Assembly: GCA_051439505.1 (NCBI GenBank)
Contig: JBFRWI010000222.1
Coordinates: 1-40,824 of the forward strand
Reading direction: 5' to 3'
From: Hormoscilla sp.
GTDB lineage: Bacteria; Cyanobacteriota; Cyanobacteriia; Cyanobacteriales; Desertifilaceae
Length of the DNA stretch: 40,824 bases
Shown one piece after another: positions 9,673-19,652 of this stretch (positions are counted from its first letter, which is position 1; the number at the start of each line of letters is the position of its first letter). The notes under the pieces are model-generated. The model saw nothing but the letters and a program-made list of their open reading frames with translations, made no database searches and was not told the origin of the DNA. Position numbers and translations under genes: made by a program.

Positions 9673-9978
9673 CGATTTGACTTGGTAAGCAACTTGTATA
9701 ATGATAGTATTTTTTAGACTAGACTTTGAGGGATTGGCAACTGTATTTGTAGCAATGTCAGTTGCCAGTTGGTAGGGTGGGCCGTACACACAGTCAGTCA
9801 GTTGTCAATTGTTGAATTGGCACCGGTGCTCTCAAGGCGGCTGCTTGTAGGGCAATCGGTCAGAAGAAAAATGTTCGTGGCGACTAGCTACAATAGGGAA
9901 CGGCGATCGCCTCGATTTGGGAGTGACGGGGAAAAAAGCCCTTGACAGGGATGATATAATGAGAAAATATAACCATCC

Positions 9979-11907
9979 GTGACAGGGCAGGCGAGTTATA
10001 TGTGGAAATATCTACGCAATGCAAGGCTTGGTAAAATATCCTTTCGCGACATCTTACTGTGGCGCATTTTACTGTTGAGTATACCAGTGCTGTTGCTGGG
10101 GCAATATGTGACCTACAGAAAGGCCCGTTCGACGTTGCTGGAAACGGCCCGCCAAAATCTGACCGAAAGCGCGATCTCAGAGGGTAGTCGGATCTCAGAG
10201 GCGATCGCCGCTTGGCAAGGTAACCTACTGACAGCGACGGAAACCTCGGTTTTGCAGTCTGGTAGCCGAGAGGCATCTGCACAATACTTAAATAAACTGG
10301 CATCAAGATGGCCAGTTGAGTGCCTGCAATTACAGGAGATCGAGACGGGGGCGATCGCTGCTAGTACCTGTGGAGATCGCCCTTTTGCCCCGGTGGAGTT
10401 GTCACCTCACGAAAAGGCAGCGGTACGGGTGGTATTTCCAGAGACGGCTAAGAATAGTGAGATTGCATGGCAAAACCGACTTGACTTGATTTTGAGTGCG
10501 CCTGTCAGGGACCAGCAGGGGAACGATCGTTTCCAGTTAGTGGTTGAGTTCATCTTACCGTTGCAGTTGACAGATGAGCCTAAGTCTCTGACAGGCTATA
10601 CGGTAATAATTAACCAAGATGGCACTATTATCGCTCATCCCGACTTAGAACGAGTTGGGCAAAATATTGTGGACGAGAAAAATGAAGAGACCCGCAAAAG
10701 ACTCTCAAGTCTAGTTAGAAATGCGATCGAGGGGGAACAATATTTTCAGCATGTCTTGGGTTTTGATGATAGCGGTAAGGAATTACTGACGGGCTATACG
10801 GCGATCGACAGTCCTACAGATAAGAACGGCAAATGGGTAATTTTAGCTGTTACCAGTTTAGATAATGCTCTGTTTGGTCTCCAAGAAATCCTGCAAACTC
10901 TGATCAATTTGATCCTATTATTGATCGCGGCGAACCTGGTGGCAACCCTATTTTTGGCAAGGGATCTGGCCCGTCCGATGGAAAAACTGGGAAAGTATGC
11001 TCGCAATGTTGAAGGCCAGGAAGCAACGGCTTCCATCCCCCACAATTTTAAGATCGAAGAGTTCAATGAACTGGCTCTGGCCCTTAATAGTATGGTCTCG
11101 CGCCTGAAAGCTTGGGCCGAGGAGTTGCAAACGGCATGGCAAGAAGCCAAAGTAGCTAACCAACTGAAAAATGAGTTTCTCGCCAGTATCTCTCACGAGT
11201 TGAGAACGCCCCTCAATGCTATTATTGGTTCTGTGCGCTTGGTGCTGGATGATTACTGCGATGATAGAGAGGAAGAAAAGGAGTTTCTGCAACAGGTGGA
11301 TGATGCTGCGGTTCACCTGCTGGAAATTATTAATGATATTCTCGACATTGCTAAAATTGAAGCGGGGACTTTCTCTGTGGCGATCGAACGACTGGATCTG
11401 CTAGAGGTACTCAAGGAAGCGGTAGATTTACAGATGGTTGAGATTCAGCAAAAAGGTTTACAGTTGCATTGGGATAAGGGCAGGCATGGGGAGGCGATCG
11501 CAGTCCAGGCGGATAAAGGCAAGCTCAAGCAAGTGTTCCTGAATGTCCTGAGTAACGCCATCAAGTTCACTAAAACTGGCGGCATCACCATTACCACAAG
11601 GATTTCAGCCCCCTCTAGTTCTGAGGGTCAAACCTATGTTACTGTTGTTATTAAAGATACTGGCATTGGCGTGGGTAAAAGCGAGCAGTCGAAACTGTTT
11701 CAGCCCTTTGTGATGGCTGATGGTAGCAGAACTCGTCAGTTTGGTGGGGCAGGACTGGGATTGGCAATTTCCCGGAATTTGATGGAACTGATGCAGGGTA
11801 ACATTACTCTCTCTAGTGAGGGTACAGAGAAGGGCAGTACGGTGGAAGTCTCATTGCCTGTGATGAAAAATTCGCCGTTACCTAAATCTTCCTTAAGTAG
11901 TTCGTAG
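9979..11907 (+). CDS. Membrane sensor histidine kinase (Cache-HAMP-HisKA-HATPase)
   Basis: Two TMs, SHELRTPL, NVLSNAIKFT, DTGIG, GAGLGL; exact start uncertain. Confidence 0.92.
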   Translation: MTGQASYMWKYLRNARLGKISFRDILLWRILLLSIPVLLLGQYVTYRKARSTLLETARQNLTESAISEGSRISEAIAAWQGNLLTATETSVLQSGSREASAQYLNKLASRWPVECLQLQEIETGAIAASTCGDRPFAPVELSPHEKAAVRVVFPETAKNSEIAWQNRLDLILSAPVRDQQGNDRFQLVVEFILPLQLTDEPKSLTGYTVIINQDGTIIAHPDLERVGQNIVDEKNEETRKRLSSLVRNAIEGEQYFQHVLGFDDSGKELLTGYTAIDSPTDKNGKWVILAVTSLDNALFGLQEILQTLINLILLLIAANLVATLFLARDLARPMEKLGKYARNVEGQEATASIPHNFKIEEFNELALALNSMVSRLKAWAEELQTAWQEAKVANQLKNEFLASISHELRTPLNAIIGSVRLVLDDYCDDREEEKEFLQQVDDAAVHLLEIINDILDIAKIEAGTFSVAIERLDLLEVLKEAVDLQMVEIQQKGLQLHWDKGRHGEAIAVQADKGKLKQVFLNVLSNAIKFTKTGGITITTRISAPSSSEGQTYVTVVIKDTGIGVGKSEQSKLFQPFVMADGSRTRQFGGAGLGLAISRNLMELMQGNITLSSEGTEKGSTVEVSLPVMKNSPLPKSSLSSS

Positions 11908-12010
11908 TTCTCCGGGAAGTAGTTCGTAGTGAGATGCACCCGGTATGGAGATTCCCCATTGGGTGCGGCCCCTTCGTAGTTGCATTTGAATTTTGAATTT
12001 TGAATTGCTT

Positions 12011-13093
12011 ATGGCTCGTACAGGCTATACTCTACCAGTCTTCGCTGTGGCTGCTGCTAAGGCGGCCCTGGTTCATTTGATACAACCCACAGAGGAAAAA
12101 CAGTTAATATCCCTGGACTTGCTGCCCGGAACGGCAGATATTCCCATCCATCAAGTGGCAAGTTTGGATACTACTTCCGCATTGGCGATCGCCATCAGCG
12201 ACCCGGGAGATAATTTAGACTTGACCCGCAATACTCCGATCTGGGCCTGGGTAAAACTTTCGGACCGGGGCGGGGAAAGTTTGGTATTAGAAGCGGGGGA
12301 AGGGTTGGGAAAAACTACCTCTGGGGAACCAGCTATTTATAGCTATGCGAAGAAACTGTTTCAGACTAATTTATTGCCCCTCATTCCCCCAGACAAAACT
12401 GCCACTGTCCGCATTATCCTGCCCGAGGGCCGTCAACTGGCCCAACGCACCTCTAATGAAGCTTTTGGCATTATAGAAGGATTGAGTTTATTGGGAACTA
12501 GCGGCATTTCCCAACCCCTTTCTGCTGCCGACCATCTCGAAACCTTTCGCGAAGATTTGCAGCAGAAAGTTAAAGAGGAGTCTCATCTGGTATTTTGTCT
12601 GGGTAACAATGGCCTGCAAGTTACTCAGCGGTTAGGAATACCGGGAACAACTGTGGTGCAAACTGGAAACTGGATAGGTAGTTTATTAGTAGAAGCTGGG
12701 TTACGGGGTGCTAAATCTGTGCTTTTGATTGGATATCAGGGTAAGTTGATTAAAATCGCTGGAGGCATTTTTAATACTGCTAGTCATCTAGCTGATGCTA
12801 AATTGGAAATTATTAGCGCTGCTGTGGTCCAAATGGGGGGCGATCTGCCAGCAGTCCGGGCTGTCTTAAATGCCAAAACTGCTGATGCTGCTTATCAAGA
12901 ACTGGTCAAGCTGGGACTTGCTGAAGCGGTGTTCGGATACCTGGCAGAAAGCATAACACAAAAAGCTCAGGATTACGTAAAAAAATATGCTAATGTGTCT
13001 CTCAAGGTGGGCACCATTTTGTTCGATCGCCAGGGAAAGATTATTTCTCAAGATCCTCATGCAGGGGAGTTGCTAATAATTAGCAATAGCTAA
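12011..13093 (+). CDS. cbiD: Cobalt-precorrin-5B C1-methyltransferase
   Basis: ARTGYTLPV, SDPGDNLDLT, RTSNEAFGIIEGLSLLGTSGI, GKLIKIAGGIFNT. Confidence 0.93.
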   Translation: MARTGYTLPVFAVAAAKAALVHLIQPTEEKQLISLDLLPGTADIPIHQVASLDTTSALAIAISDPGDNLDLTRNTPIWAWVKLSDRGGESLVLEAGEGLGKTTSGEPAIYSYAKKLFQTNLLPLIPPDKTATVRIILPEGRQLAQRTSNEAFGIIEGLSLLGTSGISQPLSAADHLETFREDLQQKVKEESHLVFCLGNNGLQVTQRLGIPGTTVVQTGNWIGSLLVEAGLRGAKSVLLIGYQGKLIKIAGGIFNTASHLADAKLEIISAAVVQMGGDLPAVRAVLNAKTADAAYQELVKLGLAEAVFGYLAESITQKAQDYVKKYANVSLKVGTILFDRQGKIISQDPHAGELLIISNS

Positions 13094-13867
13094 GCAAAAT
13101 GCGATCGCAACTGATAGGTCGCTAGTTTGTTGGGGATAGTTAACCCGGGGACGCGCGATCGCAATTAAAGAAATACCCAACTCATCTGCCACAAGACGCT
13201 TAACATCTTCTCCCCCGGGGGCACCAGAAGCTTTAGTAACAACTAGGGAAATTTGCCAATGACGCCAGAGTTCCCTTTCTAGATTAGCGGGGACGGGAGG
13301 ACGGATAGCAATAATTCTGTCGGAGGTAAAACCTGCTGCCAAAGCAACTTCTAGGGATGTAACTGAGGGGAGAATGCGGGCAAACAGAGTGGCTTTTTCT
13401 TGCCAGGAAGCGAACAGTGGTAAAGGTTTATAGCCCACCGTTAGCAGCACTCTTTCTCCTTTCAGGTAATCTCCTGCTAGCAATTCCTGGAAGCTTTCTA
13501 AGCAGGTGTTGGTCTCCCTGGGGTGGTTCTTTAATTCCGGACGTTCGTAGCGGAGATAGGGGAGGTGATGTTGGGCCCCAGCGGCGATCGCCATCTGGGA
13601 AATAGCCACTGCATAGGGATGGGTAGCATCCAAAATTGCTACAATTTGCTCTTGCCCCAAGAAATCATCTATGCTAGCAGCATCCATCTGCCCCACCTGC
13701 ACCCGCAGGTAAGGGGACAGGGGATAGAGCGATCGGGCGGCTGTAGTAGTCACCGTCACGGTACAGCAAATTTGGTATTGAGCGAGTTTCCCTGCCAGTT
13801 GAGCACTTTCAGTCGTCCCGCCAATCAACCAAATTCTTCCCCTTGAAGATTGGGTTGTATCTGACAT
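13073..13867 (-). CDS. cobK: Cobalt-precorrin-6A / precorrin-6x reductase (CobK/CbiJ)
   Basis: IWLIGGTTES, LDATHPYA, YLRYERP, VVTKASG; 3' end overlaps cbiD convergently. Confidence 0.93.
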   Translation of the reverse strand: MSDTTQSSRGRIWLIGGTTESAQLAGKLAQYQICCTVTVTTTAARSLYPLSPYLRVQVGQMDAASIDDFLGQEQIVAILDATHPYAVAISQMAIAAGAQHHLPYLRYERPELKNHPRETNTCLESFQELLAGDYLKGERVLLTVGYKPLPLFASWQEKATLFARILPSVTSLEVALAAGFTSDRIIAIRPPVPANLERELWRHWQISLVVTKASGAPGGEDVKRLVADELGISLIAIARPRVNYPQQTSDLSVAIAFCLAIANY

Positions 13868-13886
13868 CTTGTATTTTTGGCGTTAC

Positions 13887-14089
13887 CCCGCCGGGGGTTC
13901 AAACCCCCGGCTAAAAGCTAAAGTCGGTTGAAAACAGACTGAAAACCTTATAAATAAAGTGTTTTTACCTCGTTCTTCTCCTTCCCACAGGCGATCCCTG
14001 GGAAAGAGGGGAAATCCTTTCAGCGACAATGATTCCAGTGGGTTTTAACCCACTTAAGCTATTAGCCGTGGGTTTTAACCCACGGCGGG
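13887..14089. repeat. Inverted pair of double-hairpin REP-like units
   Basis: CCCGCCGGGGGTTCAAACCCCCGGCTAAAAGCTAAAGTCGGTTGAAAACAGACT at left; reverse-complement variant CCCGCCGTGGGTTAAAACCCACGGCTAATAGCTTAAGTGGGTTAAAACCCACT at right. Confidence 0.8.
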
Positions 14090-14148
14090 CCAGGAGACTC
14101 ATTGACTAATTGACTAATTGACAATGGTACAAGATATGAACTGACCGC

Positions 14149-14889
14149 TCAAAATTTCACCTTGTAAAGGGTAAATAACTCTCCAGGTCGGCGTTGGAGG
14201 ATTTTGGCACCCGCTGTAGAAATCGTTTTTTCCCAATCTCCTAGAGATGACAAAAATACCTCCGCCCCCAGATAAGTTTCCAAGATCGCCCAATTTTCCG
14301 CCTCGGGAGTTTCTGGATCTAGGATATCGAACACAAACATCCCCGTGGGTTTGAGTACCCGCTTCACCTCCGACATCACTATCTCCCAGTATTCTAAGGA
14401 GTAATAGCAACTCCAACCAGTGGCGATCGCCAGATCGAAGTGAGAGGGTTGATAATTAAGTTGGTGGGCCGCCCCCAACTCTACGCCCTTAAATAACTTA
14501 GAATTCAGTTGTGGTCCGCGACTATTGAGACCCTCCCGGGCCACCGTGCTAATTTCCCGACCGTAAAATAAAGCCCCCCACTCGTGCCAGGGATAGATCA
14601 AGAAACTCACCCCACAGCCCAGATCTAGACAGTGCTGGCCCTTTTGAGGCTTTACCAGTTCCCAGAAGGGGGAAGCCACTTTTGCCGTCAGGGATCCGGA
14701 AGTCCAGTCCTGAAAAATCGGCATCTCCTCCACTTCTGGCGGCAGATCGAAAGCATCTCCCCGGTATTGTCGGTTAAAACGATAGGCCACAGCTGTTAGC
14801 TGCCCCTGCCAGGCATCCGATTCATTCGCCCCGCCGAACCATTCACCATCTCTCGCACTCTTATCTTTTTTTGACATCCGCTGTGACAA
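14149..14889 (-). CDS. Class I SAM-dependent methyltransferase
   Basis: CLDLGCG motif I, FDLAIA, VKRVLKPTG; start may be 14877. Confidence 0.88.
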   Translation of the reverse strand: MSQRMSKKDKSARDGEWFGGANESDAWQGQLTAVAYRFNRQYRGDAFDLPPEVEEMPIFQDWTSGSLTAKVASPFWELVKPQKGQHCLDLGCGVSFLIYPWHEWGALFYGREISTVAREGLNSRGPQLNSKLFKGVELGAAHQLNYQPSHFDLAIATGWSCYYSLEYWEIVMSEVKRVLKPTGMFVFDILDPETPEAENWAILETYLGAEVFLSSLGDWEKTISTAGAKILQRRPGELFTLYKVKF

Positions 14890-15060
14890 CTAACTTAAAT
14901 CTCGGAATCTACAATTTACCTTGACTTGATGTAGATTTGTCGTGATGCTATGATAACACTCCTGACAGCCAACAGGAAACAGGAGATCGAAAAAACACCG
15001 ACTTCCAGCCATGCTGCTGACTCCTGAGTGGGTGACTCCTGATTCCGAGAGTGGGGATAA

Positions 15061-15255
15061 TCAACCCTTGAGCGCCTTTCTAAAGTTCTTGCGGTAAGAC
15101 TGGTTGGCAACCCACAAAGCCGGCCACAACAGGGATAAACGGATTTTATCTGACATTTGGCGGTTAAATTGAGTCCGATTATATCCTTTCCAGAACTTCC
15201 AGGCCCCGCCGATGTATACTACTAGCAATCCAAATACAATTAAATTCATGGCCAT
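15061..15255 (-). CDS. Small conserved membrane protein
   Basis: GGAG RBS; YIGGAWKFWKG...LLWP...SYRKNF pattern typical of a cyanobacterial hypothetical family. Confidence 0.75.
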   Translation of the reverse strand: MAMNLIVFGLLVVYIGGAWKFWKGYNRTQFNRQMSDKIRLSLLWPALWVANQSYRKNFRKALKG

Positions 15256-15666
15256 TAACTCCTTCCATCAGGGTAACATGAGAACACTTCCAGACCGGGC
15301 GATCCATCACTCTCACCAGCACTCAACCGTGAAGAGTCTCGCTAACCGTGCAGCTGCCAGCAACCAACCAGTCTAATTCTAGTCTAATTCTATTTTATAC
15401 TGCGAACCGTCAGGAATTGCGTTGCACGACCACCCGGCGACGGCGATCGGGGGCCACGGGATGATGAGCGATCGACTTCGCTGCAAGTGACTACTGGCTA
15501 TACTTCGCGATTCGGCTAAGTACATAGGCTTGCATTATTTTTCTAGCTCATCTCGAAGGCATTGATGTGGTATATTTTTGATCGCCTAGCAAGTCCGGAG
15601 CGATAATACGCGCAGCGTGGGGGGATAACCGCGATCGACTTATGCTTTATGCGTTAACCCCCCCCG

Positions 15667-15723
15667 TAGCGCTCCTGCGTCGCGCACTTCGTAAAAGCGC
15701 AGCGGCGCGACGCAGCCGCGCTA
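15667..15723. repeat. GC-rich REP-like palindrome
   Basis: TAGCGC-tc-CTGCGTCGCGC ... GCGCGACGCAG-cc-GCGCTA. Confidence 0.65.
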
Positions 15724-15784
15724 GCAATCTCGCCAATCGCATATCACACTAATCACCATAACTGCTATATAGGAGAATAGACAT

Positions 15785-16654
15785 ATGCCAAACCATCCTC
15801 TTGCAGAAGTATTTGGATTTCCTTTAGATAATCTGTCCCCAGAAGCACAACGCTATCGGAACAATCGGCTCTGCCCCTATAATAATAAGGTGCCGTCTTG
15901 TACGAAGGATAAAGCAAACGATCCATTAGGGGTATGTAGTGTTTATACAGGCGATGATATCGCCATTACTTGTCCGGTTCGCTTCCGTCAGGATTGGCTG
16001 ATTGCTCTCGATGCCGCAGCATTTTTTTTCCCCGACAACACTGCATGGACTTCCCTTTCGGAAATTCGTCTTAACGATAAAAACGGTCAATCTGCTGGTA
16101 ATATAGATTGGGTGTTGGTCGCTTACGATAGTAGGGGGCGCGTCATTGATTTTGGAACATTGGAAGTTCAATCAGTGTATATTTCTGGCAACGTGCGTCG
16201 TCCATTTGAATATTATATGGAAGACCCCGATCGGCGCTATAATCTGGACTGGCGTGGACGGATAAACTATCCCCGTCCTGACTACCTATCGTCTTCGCGT
16301 AAGCGTCTGGCCCCACAATTGATTTATAAGGGAGGAATCCTCAAAGAATGGGGGAAAAAACAGGCGGTTGCTTTACATAAAGGGTTTTATAATACTCTTC
16401 CTCCACTGCCAGAAGTGGAGCCCACAGAAGCAGATGTCGCTTGGCTAATTTATGATTTAAAGCACGATTTGGCTAGGAACTGCTATCAGCTTACCGAATT
16501 TCGCAAAGTTTATACTTTATTTGAACCAGCTCTCGATAGAATCACTACTCCGGAAGCAGGTTCCCTTGAATATTTTTGCGATTTATTGCAAGAAAAACTA
16601 GATGAAAAGTTGGAGAATCCTCCAGATGCTCCGACACTCACAGACCTTTTGTAG
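15785..16654 (+). CDS. NotI-family type II restriction endonuclease
   Basis: AEVFGF start; four Cys (CPYNNKVPSC...GVCS...TCP) like the NotI metal-binding site; NIDWVL...EVQSVYISGN catalytic region; RPDYLSSSRKRLAPQL; AGGAG RBS. Confidence 0.85.
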   Translation: MPNHPLAEVFGFPLDNLSPEAQRYRNNRLCPYNNKVPSCTKDKANDPLGVCSVYTGDDIAITCPVRFRQDWLIALDAAAFFFPDNTAWTSLSEIRLNDKNGQSAGNIDWVLVAYDSRGRVIDFGTLEVQSVYISGNVRRPFEYYMEDPDRRYNLDWRGRINYPRPDYLSSSRKRLAPQLIYKGGILKEWGKKQAVALHKGFYNTLPPLPEVEPTEADVAWLIYDLKHDLARNCYQLTEFRKVYTLFEPALDRITTPEAGSLEYFCDLLQEKLDEKLENPPDAPTLTDLL

Positions 16655-16664
16655 TTTAAGTTTT

Positions 16665-17567
16665 ATGATCCGTCAATTATCCCTGTTTGAAAATACCGTT
16701 CCCGAGAAAATTACCAATGTGATGTCGGTGCCTCTGCGGAGTCCTTTCCGATATCCCGGGGGGAAAACTTGGTTGGTGCCGCGCATTCGGCAATGGTTGA
16801 CACGCGGCTACGCTTACTCTGTCGGAAAGACTGAATTTATTGAGCCTTTTGTGGGAGGTGGCATTGTTAGTCTGACTGTGGCATTTGAGCAGTTAGCCGA
16901 TCGCGTAACAATGGTGGAAATCGATTCCGAAGTGGCAGCAGTGTGGCAAACTATTCTGGAAGGCAGCGATCGCGCCTGGTTGCAAGAGCGTATTTCCACT
17001 TTTAACATTTCTCCTGATGCTGTTAATTCGGTGCTGGATGCTGTTCCCGTTGACCTTAAAGAAAAGGCGTTTCAGACAATTTTGAAAAATCGCGTCAATC
17101 GCGGCGGTATCCTCGCAGCAGGTGCGGGTAAAATTAAACGTGGCGAAAAGGGCAAAGGAATCGCATCTCGCTGGTATCCAGAAACCCTCAAACGGCGAAT
17201 TTTGAATATCGAAAAAATATGCGATCGCCTCATCTTTATTGCTGGTGATGGGATGGAGTTTCTCAGAAAAAATGCTCATCGCTCTAATGCAGTATTTTTC
17301 ATAGATCCTCCTTACACCGCAGCAGGGAAAAAAGCAGGCAGTCGTCTTTACACCCATTGGGAACTCGACCATGAAGAACTTTTCCGCATTTCTAGTACCC
17401 TGTCTGGAGATTTTCTGATGACTTACGATAATGTTAAAGAAGTCCGTCAGTTAGCCAATAAATTCGGATTTGATACGGAAACTGTGCAGATGAAAAATAC
17501 CCATCATGCTAAAATGACAGAACTGCTCATCGGACGGAATTTGGATTGGGTGCGATCGCCGCTATGA
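16665..17567 (+). CDS. DNA amino-methyltransferase, D12/Dam-like (alpha class, probably m6A)
   Basis: SPFRYPGGK, EPFVGGG (motif I), DPPY (motif IV); starts just after the REase stop (10-nt gap). Confidence 0.92.
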   Translation: MIRQLSLFENTVPEKITNVMSVPLRSPFRYPGGKTWLVPRIRQWLTRGYAYSVGKTEFIEPFVGGGIVSLTVAFEQLADRVTMVEIDSEVAAVWQTILEGSDRAWLQERISTFNISPDAVNSVLDAVPVDLKEKAFQTILKNRVNRGGILAAGAGKIKRGEKGKGIASRWYPETLKRRILNIEKICDRLIFIAGDGMEFLRKNAHRSNAVFFIDPPYTAAGKKAGSRLYTHWELDHEELFRISSTLSGDFLMTYDNVKEVRQLANKFGFDTETVQMKNTHHAKMTELLIGRNLDWVRSPL

Positions 17568-17616
17568 TTTGATAAAAATATTTGTCAATAGAGCATCGAA
17601 GATGATAGCACCATGG

Positions 17617-17642
17617 CGATCGCGAAATCGATTTCGCGATCG
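17617..17642. terminator. Perfect 26-bp palindrome between convergent genes
   Basis: CGATCGCGAAATCGATTTCGCGATCG is its own reverse complement. Confidence 0.5.
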
Positions 17643-17657
17643 TAGAATAATTACCGA

Positions 17658-19025
17658 TTAGTCACAAGCAAGCTGCTGGCGAGACTCTGGATCGTTATTG
17701 GGGAAACAGAGTCCGCTGGGTAAACGTTTTGGCACATAACGACTCAAGTTGGGGTCGCGCAACCCTGTCTCTAGGAAAGCAGTAAGGTCATCGACTTCCT
17801 TTTCCGTCAAGTTTAGAGGTTGGAAAAATCGGCTGATATTGCCAGAATACTTGGCGGCTAAGTTTTCTGGTTTTCCTCGGTTAAAATAATCAACCACTTC
17901 CCCCAGGGTCCCAAAAGAAGCTCCATGTCCGTAGGGAGTGCTATCTGCTAGGTTGTAAAGCTGCGGCACCTTGAACTTAAAGTCATCCCTAGCTCGTCTG
18001 GTAATGGCCCCTCTGCCTAAGTCAAGTCCGCTGAAATCATTCGGATGGTCTGCAAATCCTACAGCATAAAAATCGTCCCGAGCTAAGTTCGGTCCCCTAT
18101 GGCATCGAAGGCAGTTAGCTTTGAAGCTAAAAAATACTATTCCTCCTCGGAGTTCTTTGGCAGACATGGCTTTTTTATCACCTTTCAACCATTTTTGAAA
18201 GGGCGCTTCGTTCGCAAGAAGGGTCCGTTCGTAGGCGGCGATCGCCAGACCGGCCCTTTTGAGATCTTCTACCTCAGCGGCTACATAGGGGCGATCGGGA
18301 AACGCCTGGGCGAAAAGTTCTTGGTATTCCGGAATTTGGGCGATCGCCGCTGTCCCCAGTCTGTGAACCGTAAAAGCATCGATCGCCTGAGCTTCTAAGC
18401 CATGTAGCTTCAACCGATTTACATCTGTTGCTTTAATTAAAGGTTCTTTACCATTAGAACCAGTCACCCCTAAGCGTCCATTCCAGAGCGTTGCTTCTTG
18501 ATAAGCACTGTTAAGTACCGAGGGAGCCAAAATGTTCGGTTTATCAATTTCCGTATGGGCCAGATCTGGATCCTGATGTCTAGACTTATTATAGCCTAAT
18601 CCTCCCGTTCCTAGCGATCGGGCTAAGTTAGACCTAAATCCTGCTTCAGCTATATGACAGGTCGCGCAGCTTGCGGTTTTCCAATTCTTCACATTTAGGG
18701 AATTAATCGATAGTGCTGTTTCGTGGAATAGCAAATTTCCTAACTTTACCTTTTCTGGCGTTAGTGGGTTCAGGGTATCTGCCGGTATACTATCTAGTTC
18801 GTAAGATTCCGGGAGAATAAAATATTCTCGCCCTTTCTTATCTGGAGCTGCTGCTTTCACTAACTTTTCTAGTCTACTATTGAGGTAATTGATAACCAAT
18901 TTATCCCCTCTGTTACTAGCTTCTTGCGGTGACAGCGCCCAGGCCAAACCTATCTTGCTAACCAGCATTAATAAAATTACAGTTGTTATCGGAATAACTC
19001 TGACAATCATTTGTTTAATTCTCAT
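17658..19025 (-). CDS. Exported di-heme cytochrome c peroxidase-family protein (MauG/BthA/MbnH-like)
   Basis: Signal peptide; KVKLGNLLFHETALS; heme motifs CATCH and CLRCH; PSVLN, LWNGR, AIAAYERTL, FKVPQLYNL, PYGHG, VVDYFN. Confidence 0.9.
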   Translation of the reverse strand: MRIKQMIVRVIPITTVILLMLVSKIGLAWALSPQEASNRGDKLVINYLNSRLEKLVKAAAPDKKGREYFILPESYELDSIPADTLNPLTPEKVKLGNLLFHETALSINSLNVKNWKTASCATCHIAEAGFRSNLARSLGTGGLGYNKSRHQDPDLAHTEIDKPNILAPSVLNSAYQEATLWNGRLGVTGSNGKEPLIKATDVNRLKLHGLEAQAIDAFTVHRLGTAAIAQIPEYQELFAQAFPDRPYVAAEVEDLKRAGLAIAAYERTLLANEAPFQKWLKGDKKAMSAKELRGGIVFFSFKANCLRCHRGPNLARDDFYAVGFADHPNDFSGLDLGRGAITRRARDDFKFKVPQLYNLADSTPYGHGASFGTLGEVVDYFNRGKPENLAAKYSGNISRFFQPLNLTEKEVDDLTAFLETGLRDPNLSRYVPKRLPSGLCFPNNDPESRQQLACD

Positions 19026-19034
19026 TTTCTTCTC

Positions 19035-19610
19035 TCATAATACCTTGAACAACTCATAGCAATATCTACTTAAAGGAATCCCGAGCAACCGGTAGGATTT
19101 TCCAGATACTTCCTTGACAACCAGAAAATCAATTAATGGTTCTTCCGAAGAACTATCCAATATTTCCAACTCCTGGGATACCAGGTTGAGGGCATGACCT
19201 GCACTCATGGTAATCCACTCACCACTAGCATTTCTCAAATCAGTAATTAAAAATAAATTTTCATCATTTTTTCTTGGCAACTCTTCAGTCTCATCTTCTA
19301 AGGGAATAATAATAGACCAACTTGCTCCCAGAAATCTAGCGATATCTCGCAAGCGGATGCTGACTTGAATCAGTTGCTTTTCCGTAAGGGGATTTTCCGG
19401 AACCATCTGCCAATATTCTAGCCCTAACTCAGACAAATCGAGCAGAGATCCCACATTTCTGAATGACGAGAGCCCTGGGGTAGGCAAGAAGCTAGGTTCT
19501 GGCTTTATGTTTGATGGTGCTGCATATCCCTGCTGGCTGTTAACTATCCATAGGAAGACAACTATTACCCATAAATTAATTAACTTTTTGCTTGACCATT
19601 TACAATTCAT
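19035..19610 (-). CDS. Exported hypothetical protein, divergent paralog 4
   Basis: Signal peptide ending QGYA; ELGLEY, RNASGE, IDFLVV, RYCYE weakly match paralogs 1-3. Confidence 0.75.
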   Translation of the reverse strand: MNCKWSSKKLINLWVIVVFLWIVNSQQGYAAPSNIKPEPSFLPTPGLSSFRNVGSLLDLSELGLEYWQMVPENPLTEKQLIQVSIRLRDIARFLGASWSIIIPLEDETEELPRKNDENLFLITDLRNASGEWITMSAGHALNLVSQELEILDSSSEEPLIDFLVVKEVSGKSYRLLGIPLSRYCYELFKVL

Positions 19611-19652
19611 TACCGTCGCACCTTCATTCAAATTTACGCCTAGTTACTACAT

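Noticed and set aside
11908..12010. Cobalamin riboswitch upstream of cbiD
   Set aside because: No B12-box or AGGGAA core; only a GCACCC/GGGTGC hairpin and heptamer repeats (GTAGTTC, TTGAATT).
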